Assembly (NCBI RefSeq): GCF_000143415.4 | Contig: NW_003314371.1 | Coordinates: forward strand, 203,380-267,379 | Origin: Selaginella moellendorffii | Lineage: Eukaryota > Plantae > Lycopodiophyta | Direction: 5' to 3' | DNA: 64,000 bases | Part shown: positions 1 through 12,856 of the stretch, piece after piece | Position numbering within the stretch: position 1 is the stretch's first letter | Layout of the letters: every line of letters starts with the position of its first letter | The notes under the pieces: model-generated | The model's input: only the letters and a program-made list of their open reading frames with translations | The model's database searches: none | Told to the model about the DNA's origin: nothing | Program-made: the position numbers and the translations under genes

Positions 1-94
1 CAATCGCCCAAAGCAATGCGCGATTCCTAGGAGCGCGATGCCCTCAAATCTCTAGAGAGGGTGAGAGAAGAGAATAGCAGAGGGAGATAGTGAG

Positions 95-1145
95 AATGGG
101 GCTCTGGAGAAGGGCTCTTTATACTGCCTGCTTTCGCTCGAAGGACTCTTAAAAGACCATTTCTTAACGCGACTAGGTCCGAGCTGTTTTTTCTACCTCG
201 ATTCACTCTCTGTGAAGAACTGGGCAAAAAGAAAAAATCCAACACGGTGTGGGGTCGTGTTGCCAGCTTTCACACCTCGAAGCTTCAACGAGAATGGCAC
301 TTTGGAATTCTTCCACTTTCTTTTTAGGAGCAGCAGGATCGCGAACTCGTTGTTTGGTGGTCAGTCCGAGTCGCTCTTAGCTCGTCGATAGAGTTTAATG
401 GCTCGAGCTCTGAAAGGAAAGAGCTGTTCGAACAACCAGATCCTCCTGAAATGCACGAGCTTGACTTTGGAGTTTTGGTTTCATTCTGGACTTGAAACAG
501 TGGTTTTCATTCAGCTAACCTGGTCTCTTTCCTTCAAAGTGAAAGAGAGTGATTCCCGCGGACAAGAATAAATCGATCGATGATCAAAATCGTATTGTTT
601 ACTCCAGCGACAGCTTCTCGAGCCAATGTGGCCGGTAAAAGCACGATAAGTACGATAGTCTTTTGTACGTTTTCACTGCGGTATCACTGACTTTGTTACA
701 CCACGCTGATTGATCGAGTCTTCTCACATAGAATTTCTGTTGTTTGGCCAGCCTACCATTATTGACAACGTCGTCGCGTGTTTCGTGGCATGTCAGAGCG
801 TGCGCTGATCGCAAGCCCGGGTTTGATCAAAACATGGCACGGAGGTTCAATTCAACAATTCCCGCTGGTGAATCCCCAACCAACACTCTCTTGAAGGATC
901 TCGAAATTGATCGAGAGGAGAGAGCCCAAATGCTAGACGACAGTTTGGAAGAATCTTATAGGTGTCGAAGCGACTCCAATTTACAACACCGTGGTCATTC
1001 GTATTCTTTTGGTGACCAAAGTTTTTCCAATTCTCTTCCTCAGCAAAAATCTTTTACTGAAGCTATCGAAAATTTTAGAAAAGAAGAAGAAGAATTGTCC
1101 ATTGTGCTATGGCTGGCTCTCGAATGTTGAATGTTTGGTTTGTAT
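95..1145. repeat. Segmental duplicate (copy 1) of the extensin upstream region; diverged paralog of 3664-5065
   Basis: Collinear shared blocks with 3664-5065, e.g. ctctttatactgc, aactcgttgtttggtggtcagtccgagtcg, gaataaatcgatcgatgatcaaaa, tgtacgttttcactgcgg, ttacaccacgctgattgatcg. Both copies contain a minus-strand TATAAA. Confidence 0.85.
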
Positions 1146-1699
1146 CGATATTCATACAGTCCCTTTCAATCAGACGAATGAGAAGTTTCCTCTCTGCACT
1201 ACTGTAGCTGATTGAAATTCTGGCAGGATCACGTAGCAGCCTTTGAATCCAGTGCCGGTCATCTTCACCATGTGGCTCGTGGCAGTGGAGTCCAGCTTGA
1301 GAGGAATCTGGAAGAACACGACCGGTAATGTCATCCCCAGACCTGTGTACTGGATCCACAGCGTCTAAGAGAAGTGTTGCAAACGTTTGATCCCAAAAGC
1401 ACATATAGGCGAACCTGAGAGGAATTTTCTCGACTTTGGAGAGCTGCGCGGGCAAACTCGTGTTCTTGGAGCTCAGCACGGCGACGTTGCGGCCTTTCTT
1501 GCGGCAGAGGATGCCGAGGAACGAATCGGACGTATGTGGGTGGAGTTCACAAAGTCTGCGAGATAGACAATGGAGTTTCCATCTTTGCCAAGCAATGCAC
1601 AGCCATAGGCAGCAGCAGTAACACCAATGACATTTTCAAGTCTGAAAAGAAAAGATTAGCTCCTAGCTGTGATAACTCTCAAGAACAGAAGAACTACCA

Positions 1700-2790
1700 C
1701 GTTTAATTGAAGAGGCAATCGTCTTGCTTCGTGATAGCCATGGAGCAAGAGCTACGTAGAGAGCCTGTACATGAGCTTCTGTATGCGAGGCACACAAAGT
1801 GATTCTTAAGAAGTAAGGAGTTCTAGATACGAGAAAATGTGGTTACCTGGAAGAATTTGGAGGAACAATTGGCGGTCTAATTGGCAGTACATGAAAACCA
1901 GCCTTGAGAACGTCCCTACGTAACGAAAAAAGAGTTGTAAACATGCATATGACCACCAGAGCGATTATGCCGTCAAATTAGCAATCTGTTTTACTCTGCT
2001 CCACAGTTGCCTAACAACCACGAGAGCAGCAGCCATACAGCAAAAATCCATAAGCAAGATCACGAGAAAAAAGATACGTTCTAAGCTTGGTGCCTTCACC
2101 ATTGATTCCTAAAGAAGCAAAATGATCAGGAGCTTATAATTGACAGACTATTTAGAACAAGGAAGAACATGATGGAAGCATGATTTAGCTCATCGGAAAA
2201 GATATCTGCGAGACGTCTGGAATGGTCATGGAGATTATGCATCCGTTTCACGCATATTAGCTGCAAATCCTATAGGACACAGCAAGCATTCCTACAGAAG
2301 AAAAAAAGTAAAGCATTGTAGCACAGTGGAAAAGAAACCTCAAGTGTTCTTAAGCGCTGCTAGAACAAGATTCAAGTCTTCTGTGATGAATTGTGTAGCC
2401 ACAAATGAGAGCCACTTAGTCCCATTCCAAATTCGATAGCAGCCTGGAAAGGAGTCTGCGGCGGAGCGAACAGCCGGATGCATAGAGAGTTCATGATGAT
2501 CGTTTCCAGAAAATTGGATGAGCAATCGCATTCTTTCTTTCTCTCTAGTCGATTCTCCGCCTGCTTCCAGGTCTCCGGTGCGATCATGGAAGAAAGACAC
2601 TCGCATAATTTCTTGATGGATCACGTATTTCTTTCTCCCTTGCATTCTAATCGATGGTGTGAAAGAGCTTCTGGCCCATGTGAGCGAGTGCGCGTCCAAG
2701 ATCGAGACTGCGAAGCTGTGCGCGATTATTGCTGGCCAAGCTGTCGAGCGCTAAACATACATAAGTTTTTCTTCCGAGGACTCCCAGAAA
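1700..2790 (-). pseudogene. BIOF: 8-amino-7-oxononanoate synthase (BioF/KAPA synthase) pseudogene
   Basis: Minus-strand fragments in BioF order: FSGND..LSMHP, AAIEFGMG (different frame), ECLLCPIGFAANM, DIFSDELNHASI, LWSRVKQIA, LKAGFHVLPIRPPIVPPNSSR, LRITLCASHT. Frameshifts, a stop and large internal deletions are present, and the PLP-lysine region is not recognisable. Confidence 0.8.
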
Positions 2791-3392
2791 TAACGCGCCC
2801 GTCAACGCGCGATTCTGCTTCGCGGCCGCACAATCCAAATCAGTGGTGATAGGAAATTCCGAGCGCTAATTGGATGTCAAGTGCCATCATAGCAAGGAGC
2901 ATAAGTAAAATTCTAAATTTATTTATGAAAATTAATATATTTTGTCTAGCATCAGCTAAGGGTGAAAGCTACTCTGTGGTTGTCAATCTTCCCGTATGAT
3001 AGATGTCTTGCAGGGGCCTCAATCTTCGTGACGACCACGGCAGGAATGGATCTTTCTTCTGCAGCTGCTCCTCCACTCAAATTTCTCAAGTTTCAGACAA
3101 AAACATCCAGAGCTAGCTGTGTGGTGTTGTCATCTTTGCTTTCGGACTCTGCAAAAGACTGGCGTAATGCCAGAATCATATCCTCGTGTGGATCACTTCC
3201 AAGGCTGTTGGTAAATCGATTTCATCTTACCCTTTGAGACACTCAGAAAATTGCTTTTTATTTATTCCATATGATCAAAATAACCCGCTCAGACAAGATC
3301 ATCGAACATTGGCCGAGCAAGAAAAGCAGCAATTGCATGCGCTCGCTCAAATATTTCCAGATTGCAACGGAAAGATCATTGTTCTTATGCGC

Positions 3393-3551
3393 TTAGTAGT
3401 GGTATGGAGGTGGCGGGGATTTGTACTTGTACACCGGAGGCGGTGGAGAATACACTGGCGGAGGTGGGGATTTGTACTTGTACACTGGAGGTGGTGGGGA
3501 GTAAACCGGAGGTGGTGGAGACTTTGTATTTTAAACCGGTGGTGGTGGGCT
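3393..3551 (-). CDS. Extensin (hydroxyproline-rich glycoprotein), 3' part; the rest lies in the assembly gap
   Basis: Reverse complement reads SPPPPVYSPPPPVYKYKSPPPPVYSPPPPVYKYKSPPPPYHY*, i.e. SP4 repeats with YKY cross-linking motifs. The sequence next to the gap has an apparent indel/stop, probably a contig-end error. Confidence 0.9.
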
Positions 3552-3651
3552 NNNNNNNNNNNNNNNNNNNNNNNNNNNNNNNNNNNNNNNNNNNNNNNNN
3601 NNNNNNNNNNNNNNNNNNNNNNNNNNNNNNNNNNNNNNNNNNNNNNNNNNN
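3552..3651. other. Assembly gap (100 N), probably collapsed extensin repeats
   Basis: Run of exactly 100 Ns between the extensin repeats and their upstream region. Confidence 0.98.
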
Positions 3652-3663
3652 GAGAACTTGTTA

Positions 3664-5065
3664 GAATGGGAGAATGGGGGAAGAGCGCTCTTTATACTGC
3701 GCTCGAAGCAGTCCTCGAGAGTTACTGGCTCTGGAGCCGCTTGGGGTTACTAAAACCATTTCTTAAAACGCGACTATGGCGTGTAGAGGTTGACGAGGTT
3801 TTTATTTTTTTTCTATCTGTGAAGAACTGCGCAAGTAAAAACAACACGGTGGAAGTGGGGTCGCGTTGCCAGCTTTCCCTCGAGAAGTTTCAAGGAGCAT
3901 GGGAAGCCAACTGGGAAATGGTCTCATCACATCTCCAAGACAAACTAATCTCTAGACTTTGGAACCCAAAAAAAAGAAAAAAGTGAGGAGCAGCAGTTTT
4001 GCTAGAGCTCAAACTCGTTGTTTGGTGGTCAGTCCGAGTCGTGTTTGGCGAGTTGTCGGATTCGAGCGCGGCGACTTGCACCGTTTTCTTGCTCATTTTT
4101 TAATTGGTTTCGCCCTCTTTGCTTGTCGATACAGTGTAATGACTCGAGCTCTCGAAAGAATGAATCAAAAGAAAGGGCTGTTCGAACAACTAAATCCTCC
4201 TGAAATGCGCGAGCTTAAAAAAAACGCAAAGGGGAGAAACGGTCGCAGCGATTTGTAGGATGTTTTCCATGAGTGGCAAGTTTTGGAGTTGGAGTGAAAA
4301 GTTATTCTGGCTTTGATCACTTCACTGTGGAGTTGTCGGTGTGTGGAAGAATGAAGAACAGTGTTCATTTTAGCTATCCTGGCCTCTTTCCTTCAAAGTG
4401 ACGTCCAGCAAAGGGAGTGATTCCCGCGGACTAGCAGGAAAACTCATTTAAAAATGTCAAGAATAAATCGATCGATGATCAAAACCGTATTGTTTACTTC
4501 ATGCCAGCGAGATCTTCTCGAGTCAATGTGGGCGCCTGTCCGAGGTAAAAACACGATAAGTACGATTATCTTCTGTACGTTTTCACTGCGGAATCACTGA
4601 CTTTCTTACACCACGCTGATTGATCGTTAAACGAAAAGCTTGGAGCTTTCGATGTATGATTGTTTGCTTCCCTGTTTTCTAGCCAACCTACCATTGCTGA
4701 CAACGTCGTTCGCTTCTTTCATGGCATGTCAGAGCGTGCGCTGGTTGATTTACGCCCGACTTTCGATCATCTAACATGGCACGGAGTTTCCGTTCAACAA
4801 TTCCCGCTGGCGTATCCAGACCCATCGAGATCGATCGAAAGGAGACACGAGAGCCCAAATGCTGGAGGACAAGTTAGAAAAATGATTTACCAGTCGCGCG
4901 GCGGCAATGTACGACGCCAGAGAATGCCTTGGTACATTCCGATTCTCTTCATGTCACCGACAAAATAGCTTTGACTGAAGCTATCGAGACATTTAGAGAA
5001 AATCGTCCCAAATTTGTCAATGCGTGCTCCGGCGCGGGTCTCAAAGGTTGAATGTTTGGTTTGTG
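3664..5065. repeat. Extensin upstream/promoter region (copy 2 of the duplication)
   Basis: Collinear with 95-1145; minus-strand TATAAA at ~3691-3696. Confidence 0.85.
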
Positions 5066-5121
5066 CCGCTATCCGTACGGCTCCTTAAAAAATCTCGAAG
5101 CGAGTACGGACGCGAAGTTCG

Positions 5122-5157
5122 GCCACGTGGCGAGATGGGGCCTTTGTGCCACGTGGC
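5122..5157. promoter_or_regulatory. Paired perfect G-boxes (GCCACGTGGC x2) upstream of UXE
   Basis: GCCACGTGGC at 5122-5131 and 5148-5157, about 140-175 bp before the ATG at 5298. Confidence 0.55.
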
Positions 5158-5297
5158 TCATTTCGAATGGAGGGATTCTGTGTTCATGGTATTTTTGCTG
5201 CCCCGCTGTATTATTATTAGGTCAATCCCTTAATTGTGGAACTCATCGTCGTTGATTTGGTCGTCGTTGAATTCTCCGCGATCGGAAGAGCTCCCCA

Positions 5298-7332
5298 ATG
5301 CCGGGATCGCCCCTCACGCGCCGCAGGAACCCTCATCGGTCCCAGGCGTGGAGCTTCTCCGGTAAGCGCGCGCGCGCCCACCAGACGACTGTAGTAGCTG
5401 TGCCTGTGCGTGGTTTAGCTCCATCTTTCTTTGTGTTAGGGTTTGATCCAGATCGCAGCGCTTCCCCCCTCCCCCTCTCGCGGATCTGCCGCTGCGCTGC
5501 TGGAGCTGATTGAAATTCTCGCATGCCTGTGCGTAGATCAGGTGTCTGTCAGTCGAGATTTTGGTGTGATTCGTCGCCGAGAGCTGAATGTTGCTCCCTT
5601 TGTTTGCTCGTAGGTATGGATTATGGTTCTTCTAGGCCGCGATCGCACTTGGTGGCCAAGGTTTTGGTAGCGGCTTCTCTGACCGCCTTGTGCATGTTTA
5701 TTCTGAGGCAATCGTCGACAAGCACCACAGATCTTGTAAGTTTCACCTTGAATTTTCGCACAGTGTTCTTGCATCCGGCACTGTTTTTTTTTCTTTCTTT
5801 CTTTCTTTCGTTCTCTGCGTGTTCTAAGAGAATTTATTGCTTGTTCTGTGGTAGTTTGCCCACCGACAAGAGGGTGTAATGCACGTACTTGTCACTGGAG
5901 GTGCAGGGTTTATAGGATCACACGCGACTTTGCGGCTTTTAGCGGATGGACATAGAGTTACGATAGTGGTAAGCTGAAAAACATAGTTTCTTTTTGCTTG
6001 AAGATTTTGGGACTCATGTGGAAACTTCCAGGATAATTTGTCACGGGGAAACATGGGTGCTGTTCATGCACTTGAAGAGATTGCTAATCCCGGTATGCTA
6101 CAATTTATCAATGCGGATCTTGGTGACAGAAAGGCGGTCTGTATCTTTTGTTCTTATTTCCATTGTCGCATCTTTTTGGTAAAACTGGAGACTTTGCAGG
6201 TTGACGAGATTTTTAAGAAGAATGCCATTGACGCGGTGATGCACTTTGCTGCCGTTGCCTACGTTGGAGAAAGCGTGGCAGAGCCACTGAGGTAGTGTGA
6301 GATTCCCAGAGAACTTGTCTATATGTCGTCATGCCTTGTTTGCAGATATTACCACAATATCACGTCAAACACCTTGACTGTTGTAGAAGCAATGACGGCA
6401 CACAATGTAAAGAAGCTGATTTATTCGAGCACCTGCGCTACCTATGGCGAACCAACAAAGATGCCTATAGTGGAGGAGACGGAGCAAGTGCGTTTTGCTT
6501 TTTAGTTCATCGATGATGTGCTAAACTCTTACCTTGCTTGTCAGGTGCCGATCAATCCTTACGGCAAAGCGAAAAAGATGGCTGAGGATATAATCAAAGA
6601 CTATACTAAGGCGTCATCGGACTTGGCCGTCGTCATTCTAAGGTGCTTCCTTTTAGCTCCTAGGCCGAAAAGTTACTCACTTTTCCATGTTTCTGCATTG
6701 GCTTTCAGGTATTTTAATGTCATTGGATCAGATCCACTTGGAAGGCTTGGAGAAGCACCTCGGCCCGAGCTCCGCCACATGGGACGCATATCCGGTGCGT
6801 GTTTTGATGCGGCTTTGGGACATATTCCCGAGTTGAAGGTAATCAAGCGAGTGTTCTGTAAACTTCTCAAACGCTTTGCTTTGTAGGTAATGGGGACCGA
6901 CTACGACACGAAAGACGGAACTTGCATCAGGGACTACATTCATGTCACGGATCTAGTTGATGCTCACGTCAAGGCTCTGGCGCACGCTTCCGAGGGAACG
7001 GTGAAGGTTTACAACGTTGGAACGGGCGTGGGTTAGTCTCAATCCCCTCGATTGCTCTGAGCTGTGGTTTAATGCTGTCCTTGCTTACTCCAGGAGTATC
7101 GGTGAAAGAATTCGTGGAAGCCTGCAAGGCCGCGACGGGAGTAAACGTGAGCGTATCTTATTTGGAGCGAAGGCCGGGCGACTATGCCGAAGTTTACAGC
7201 AATCCCTCGAAGATATTCCGCGAGCTCGGCTGGAAAGCCAGGCACACGAATTTAACCAAAAGTCTTTCGGTGGCGTGGAAGTGGAAAATGGCCCATCCAA
7301 ATGGCTATGGCGACGCGAGATCCAACAGCTAA
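5298..7332 (+). CDS. UXE: UDP-arabinose 4-epimerase (UDP-D-xylose 4-epimerase, MUR4-like), multi-exon
   Basis: Exon 1 [10 protein letters not shown]...; TM anchor [19 protein letters not shown]; [14 protein letters not shown]; [13 protein letters not shown]; [11 protein letters not shown]; PINPYGKAK; [11 protein letters not shown]; [11 protein letters not shown]. Short GT-AG introns; stop at 7332. Confidence 0.93.
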
Positions 7333-8182
7333 ATCACAGGTCAAGTACACCCTGAAAAAATCGCTATTTTTTGGAGGCTCCAATGTCTTGTTCTTGTACA
7401 TAACCAAATGTTAAACGGTACGTCGGATGCCCCCGATCCAACGGCGGAGCACTGCACTGCAAGATCAACGGTCGGGGATAGAGTAATCGGATATTTTTCC
7501 TCTCACCATGATGGCCGTTAGATGAAGGATCCAACGGCGCCCGTCTCTGATGCTGGTTCGTCCGATGGCGTCAATCGCACGATGAGTGTCATTCCGTCGA
7601 CGGGCTGGACGGGCAGTGACGTGCGGACCCCAAATTTTCGTCACATTAGGTTTTATGTTCTCTCCTCTTTGTTCCTCAGCTAGGGAGTGTGGTGTTCATC
7701 GGGATCTGGAACGCCGCTTGCCCGCGCCAGTGATCCGCGCATCGATCGCCCACGCCCGGCCACGCCGATTCTTCCGGGAGCTCCGTGCGCGACGATTACG
7801 CTGCGCCGGGAGCTGGAGATTTCGGAGCTGGATTGTAGAGGGGGTAACGAAGCGTCGGGAATGCGCCGGCGTGGGGAGCTGGGGAGGCGGGGATGAATGG
7901 AAATATGCCGCTGGCGCGCCAGTGATTCTCGTGGTACGTTATCGCAATGCTGCTTTCTGGCGTGGCGCTCCATGCGTAGCTTAGGTTCTAGGCACAGGGG
8001 CTGGAGAGAGTGAGATTTGGGGAAAGGCGAGCAGCGCCCGGTGGAATCCATGGCTTAGTCTGGCAAATCGTGCATTGTGGAGTCTGGAGCTAAATTCCAG
8101 GGTCGGCAGCCATGGGCGGCTTTTTAGTCTTCTCTATAGCGTGGGATGCTAGAAGTTCTTCTTGAGGCCACCGTGGTGGTGT

Positions 8183-11100
8183 ATGGAGAATTATTCCACC
8201 CAGATGGAAGCTCGGCAGCAGGGTGGAGGATCCTTCTCGACGTATAACCTGGACGCTGGAAGCCTGGTGGACGACGATTTCCTGTTCCTGGATCACAACC
8301 TTCCTTCCATCGACAGCATTGCGTCCGACTTCTCGGCGTTCCTCGACTCCGCGGGGCCAAACGGCTCCTTGCTTCCGGCCGACGAGTGGTCGGGCACTAC
8401 GAACACTTTGCCGGACACGCCCAGCTCGCATCAGCAGCAGCTCCAGCATGGTCTAGAGGGATCTTCTCCGCTCCAAAGTCAGTTGCAAGGGCCTGTGATC
8501 CAAGCCAAGCAGCAGCAGCAGCCTCTCCAGCAGCATCAGCAGCAGCAGCAGCCACCACAGCAATTTGTTTTCGAGAGCCATGCACCACCACCCTCGCAAC
8601 CAAGCGCTCCGGATGTTTTGAGCGGCCAACACAGCGCTCATGGCGTCGATCAGATGGATAGCCTGAGACAGCCGCAGTCTCAGGCAAGGCCCGGTGCGTT
8701 GCATCTCGAGAACCAAGCGAGGCACGCCAACTTTCCAAGCCGGCAGGTGTTGCTGAACGGCTCGACGCCCCAGCAGTCGCTTCCACCAGCGCCATCAGCA
8801 GCATCAGCAGGAGCTGGAAACACGGCACGGGAGATGGTGGTAGAGGGTGCTGGTTTTCAGGGGGTGCAATCGGAAACAAGTGGCATGGAGTCCAACTTTA
8901 GCGGCCAGAGAAATTTCGAAAGTCTTCAAGGTCGACAGCTTCCGGGAAACATGCCAGGTTTTCAAGGACAGATGGAAGGGTCTCAAGCCGGGCTGAGGCT
9001 GTCGTTTCCCAGGGGCTTGATGGCAAACGGCCATTTTGGCATGACTGGGAGCACCCCGCAATTGCCGATCCAGGGGCAGCAAGCAGCTATGAATCACCTG
9101 CCAGGCGCGGACGCAGATGGAAACGGTGTGGCACTTCAATCGCAGCTCATTAACAATCAAACCAACTTCTCGGGCCAGTTTATGTCTAAAGTAAACAACC
9201 GACAGTCAATCATTCCTGGACACGCCTTGAGCAACATCCCATCGTTCCAGCTACAGGTAAGTTTTCGCTCGGGCGACTGGTGGCTGAACAGTGTCTCTGG
9301 TTTTGTTGCAGCCGTCGTCTCATCAACTTCAGCTGCAGGGACAAACGAAACTGCATCCTCAACTTATGAATCAGCAAGTCATAAATCAAGGGCTACTGCA
9401 ACCGCGGCAAATCCAGCTTGGATCCCAGCCATCGGTGTTCTCGTCTCCGCAGCAGCAGTCTTCATACCAGCTGCTCCAATCGCAGGGCTATCAAATGCAT
9501 CCAAATGCGGGAAACCACTTGCCAATTGGTCGCCAAATGTTTCCACAGATGCAGCCGAGGTTACAAAGTCCGCTGATACAGGGCTTACGCTACGGTGGTG
9601 CTCTTGGCTCGCGACAGCTTGGTCCACAAATAGTTGGCCCACAGATTGGTACAGGAGTCCCCGAGATGGGAACACGGTACCCTCCATCAGGAACAAACGC
9701 AGCCAAGTGCGCGCAAGTGTTTATGCTTTACATACAGGAGCAAAGAAAGCGGCCACAGGTAACGATTCCCAAAATTTTCCATTTGTTCTCTTTTCATTTT
9801 ATCCAACTCACAGGACAACAACATCAACTTTTGGAGGGCATTTGTACACAAGTACTTCGCTCCAGGGGCGACTAAACGTTGGTGCTTGACCAGCTACAGC
9901 ACTACACCTGTTGGTAGACATGCTCAAGGGCTTTTTCCTATGGTATGTGGGAAAAAAATCGCATATCACATTTCAATTGTGCTTCTTTTTCAGGACTATT
10001 GGTACTGTAATTTATGTGGAATTCAACCAGGAAGAGGATTTGGTATGTACTTCTCCTTCCTGGTTGGCTGCGAAATTTAACCTTCCATCTTCTTGCAGAA
10101 TCTGGTACAGACGTTCTACCAAGACTTTTCAAAATCAAATACGACAGTGGTTTACTCGATGAGCTTTTGTTCCTGGACGTTGCCACAGAGTAAGTGGGAC
10201 TCTTATAACGATAGCCCTAATTCTTACTTTCCTCTGAAAGAAAATATTCTGTACCATCCGGAAAAGTGGTTCTGGAGTATGCCAGGGCCGTTCATGAGTC
10301 GGTGTTTCTCGAACTTCGGGTAACTGAACTGCAGATGAAATGTAGTGGTGCTAAGTTTCCTTGTTCAGGTAATTCGTCATGGCAAGCTGCGTATAACTTT
10401 CAACAGTCAGTTTAAGGTACTGTTTTAACATGCATGCATGAGGGAACTTTTAGCTGACACTTTTATTTATGGCCAGATTTGCTCATGGGAGTTCTGTACT
10501 AAGGCGCACGAAGAAGTAGTGCCGCGGAAAAATTTGCTTCAACAGGTACCTCGTTTTTTCCAGTCTAGTCTCGCTTTAAAATAGTCTCTTGTTTTGTAGG
10601 TGCACCAGCTGGCGAGCCTTGTCATAGAATCCGACCAGGAGAACTTTGACAAGAGCGCAGAGAACTTAAAATCTCATTGCAATGCGTACGTTGCCAGATC
10701 TTTGAAATCACTTTTTTTTTTCCCACTTTCCCGTTCTGCAGCTTTACAAAAGCGGCAAAGCAGCTGGCTGTTCAACTTGACGCGCCAATGGTGAACGACC
10801 TTGGGTTCTCGAAACGTTATGTAAGATGCTTGCAGGTATGTGGTGGAACAAAATGGTATTGTTAAGTAGATTGTCGTGCGTTGTATGAACAGATCGCAGA
10901 AGTTGTCAACAGCATGAAGGACCTGATATCGTTTGAGAGGAAAACCGGCCTAGGCCCAGTCGGTAAGTCGCTCATGCTTTGACTTCCATATGCTCATGCA
11001 AAAACAAATTTTCCAGAGAGCTTGAAGCGTTTCCCGACTGTCAAAAAGCTCCAGATGGAAGGCGGCCTCGCCGGCTTGCCTCCATCCTTAAGCCTGACTC

Positions 11101-11621
11101 AGATGATCACCGAGCTCACCCAAGGTACAACGTCTCTACAGTCCTCCACGGTCACGCGGCTCCAGTCGGAATCAATGTCCGAGGCGCAGGACCAAGGCGA
11201 TGGTAACCAACAAGCCCACTCATCCTCCGTTTTCAAGGGAATGGAAGCAGCAGCAGCAGGGCCGCCAGTGAATCAGCAGCGGAGTTCCATGGAGTCGCGC
11301 TTGCAGCACCTCCTCCAGTCGTCATCGGAGGCTTTCAACCAGATCCAACCATCTCAAGCGGCGCAGTCCATAGGCTCCCAGCTAGCGTCTCCATCTCAGG
11401 CTCCAGCAGTGGTAGCACAGGCTCCAGGCAAGCAGCAGCAGCAGCAGCAGCAGGCAGTGGCGAGCAACCAGATTGGTGGCGGAGCGGCGCAGCAACAGCA
11501 GAACTTCCAGCCGGTTGTTTTGAAGTCGGGTGCCGCAAAGTCTTCGCTGTCTCAGCCGCATCAGTCGAGCTTGCCGGGAACGCCTCAAAGCGAGATGAGC
11601 GACATGAGGTCCAACACTTGA
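8183..11621 (+). CDS. SEUSS/SEUSS-like (LIM-domain-binding) transcriptional co-regulator, multi-exon
   Basis: Q-rich N- and C-termini. LDB domain exons: DNNINFWRAFVHKYFAPGATKRWC, LPRLFKIKYDSG, SWEFCTKAHEE, DLGFSKRYVRCLQIAEVVNSMKDLI. Confidence 0.92.
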
Positions 11622-12203
11622 CGGATGGATGGAGAGAAGGGCTGATTATATACTGACGAAAAAGAGAAGGTTGGGCAGCCAGCGAGCAAGCAAGCAAGGT
11701 GTACATAGTGTGCTTGAAAAGAAACGATCTCTCTCGGCTGGGACTGCGGGATGGACCCCCATGATCTCGCTCTCTCTCTTAAGAGGGGAGGAGAAATGCA
11801 AAGTGACGAAGAAGAGGGGATTCTTGCGGGAGTCCGGTTGAGGTTGAGGTGTGACTAGGACGACGACGTAGTAAGTTTCCAGTCCCCACGAGAAGAAAAA
11901 AAGGTTTGGAGAATGGAATGGGTTTTACAAAGCTGTTGTTGTGAAAGGTTTAGAACAAACACACAATCTTTTATACAAGGACGTAAGATTTTTTCCCTTT
12001 GCTTTAGGAAGTTTCATGGTGGTATTTACAAAAAGTTTTACGATTTAATATTTTAACATCTTTTCTGCATATATAAATCAAGTTGATGCGAGAAAGATGC
12101 CGGCGAGTTGTGTAGCAAAGAAAGCCGAAATAATGACACATTAAAACTGACGCAAGCGTTTTGTTAATTTAAAGACTATTGGCCAACTATTAAGCATATC
12201 TTA

Positions 12204-12850
12204 GGTATATCCACGAAACTGTGATCGCATCTCCACCGTCCGTCTGCATCATCCCAGCCGTCGAAGCTAGGTCCAAACTTAGCCCGAGAGTCTATTTTTA
12301 GTATCTAGCTCTTACAAAAGCACAGTGCATCATCTAGGGTTTTCTCGTGAGGATGAGGGGCGGCGCTCCGACGCCCTAGACAGGGCCAGGGTTTTGTAAG
12401 CCCGGGGGCCCTATCGCTCAGTTGCGGGAGCGATCCATTTGTTGTGCGTCACCGGGATTGAAGGCTTTGGCATAGGGATGTCACAGTACTGTGGTACAGA
12501 GAAGCACATCGCACTGGAGGTGATTTCTTTATCACCTGCGGCTCCATGTACTTCTCCGTGCCACAGTACTGGGAACGAAAGAGGTACGATCGTATTGCTT
12601 TTCTTTTATTTCCAGGTATTGGAGACTGGCAGCCAAGATTTGGCCTTGTGTCTATGCAAACGCAAACAAGCTCCAAAGCCAAAGCTCTCAAGCTCCAGGG
12701 CGGTTCCAAAGCTCGAGCGAGGCATCAAAGTTCCATCAAAGGCTCCAAAGCTCAAACTCAAGAGTTTGGGGTGTTTTTGTTTTGTGTGCTATGTAATTTT
12801 TTGTCAGCTATGAAGATTTAGCACAAGGAACTATGGCTTTGCTGATACCA
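12204..12850 (+). repeat. Hairpin-containing repeat module, copy 1
   Basis: Shares the leader catcatcccagccgtcgaagctaggtccaaa, a telo-box-like ctagggttt, the hairpin at 12484-12571 and a short gtacg...ttccag intron-like segment with the other copies. Confidence 0.85.
12484..12571 (+). ncRNA. Candidate pre-miRNA-like/hpRNA stem-loop (copy 1)
   Basis: 5' arm cagtactgtggtacagagaagcacat...aggtgat pairs with 3' arm atcacct...atgtacttctccgtgccacagtactg. Expression is unknown. Confidence 0.45.
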
Positions 12851-12856
12851 GGCGAG

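Noticed and set aside
1140-1640. Extra minus-strand exons fused to the BioF pseudogene
   Set aside because: Splice-like signals exist, but the translations match nothing I recognise and frame continuity cannot be shown.
3186-3986. 266-aa plus-strand ORF with W/R-rich repeats
   Set aside because: It is the antisense of the extensin repeats and is open only because it crosses the N gap.
12484-12590. Hammerhead ribozyme (stem followed by cgaaa)
   Set aside because: No CUGANGA core on the other side of the stem in any copy.
12835-12850. tRNA-Met primer-binding-site-like sequence (minus strand tggtatcagcaaagcc), suggesting the modules are LTRs
   Set aside because: Imperfect match, no adjacent TG...CA LTR end, not conserved in copies 2 and 4, and the internal sequence looks LINE-like, not gag/pol.
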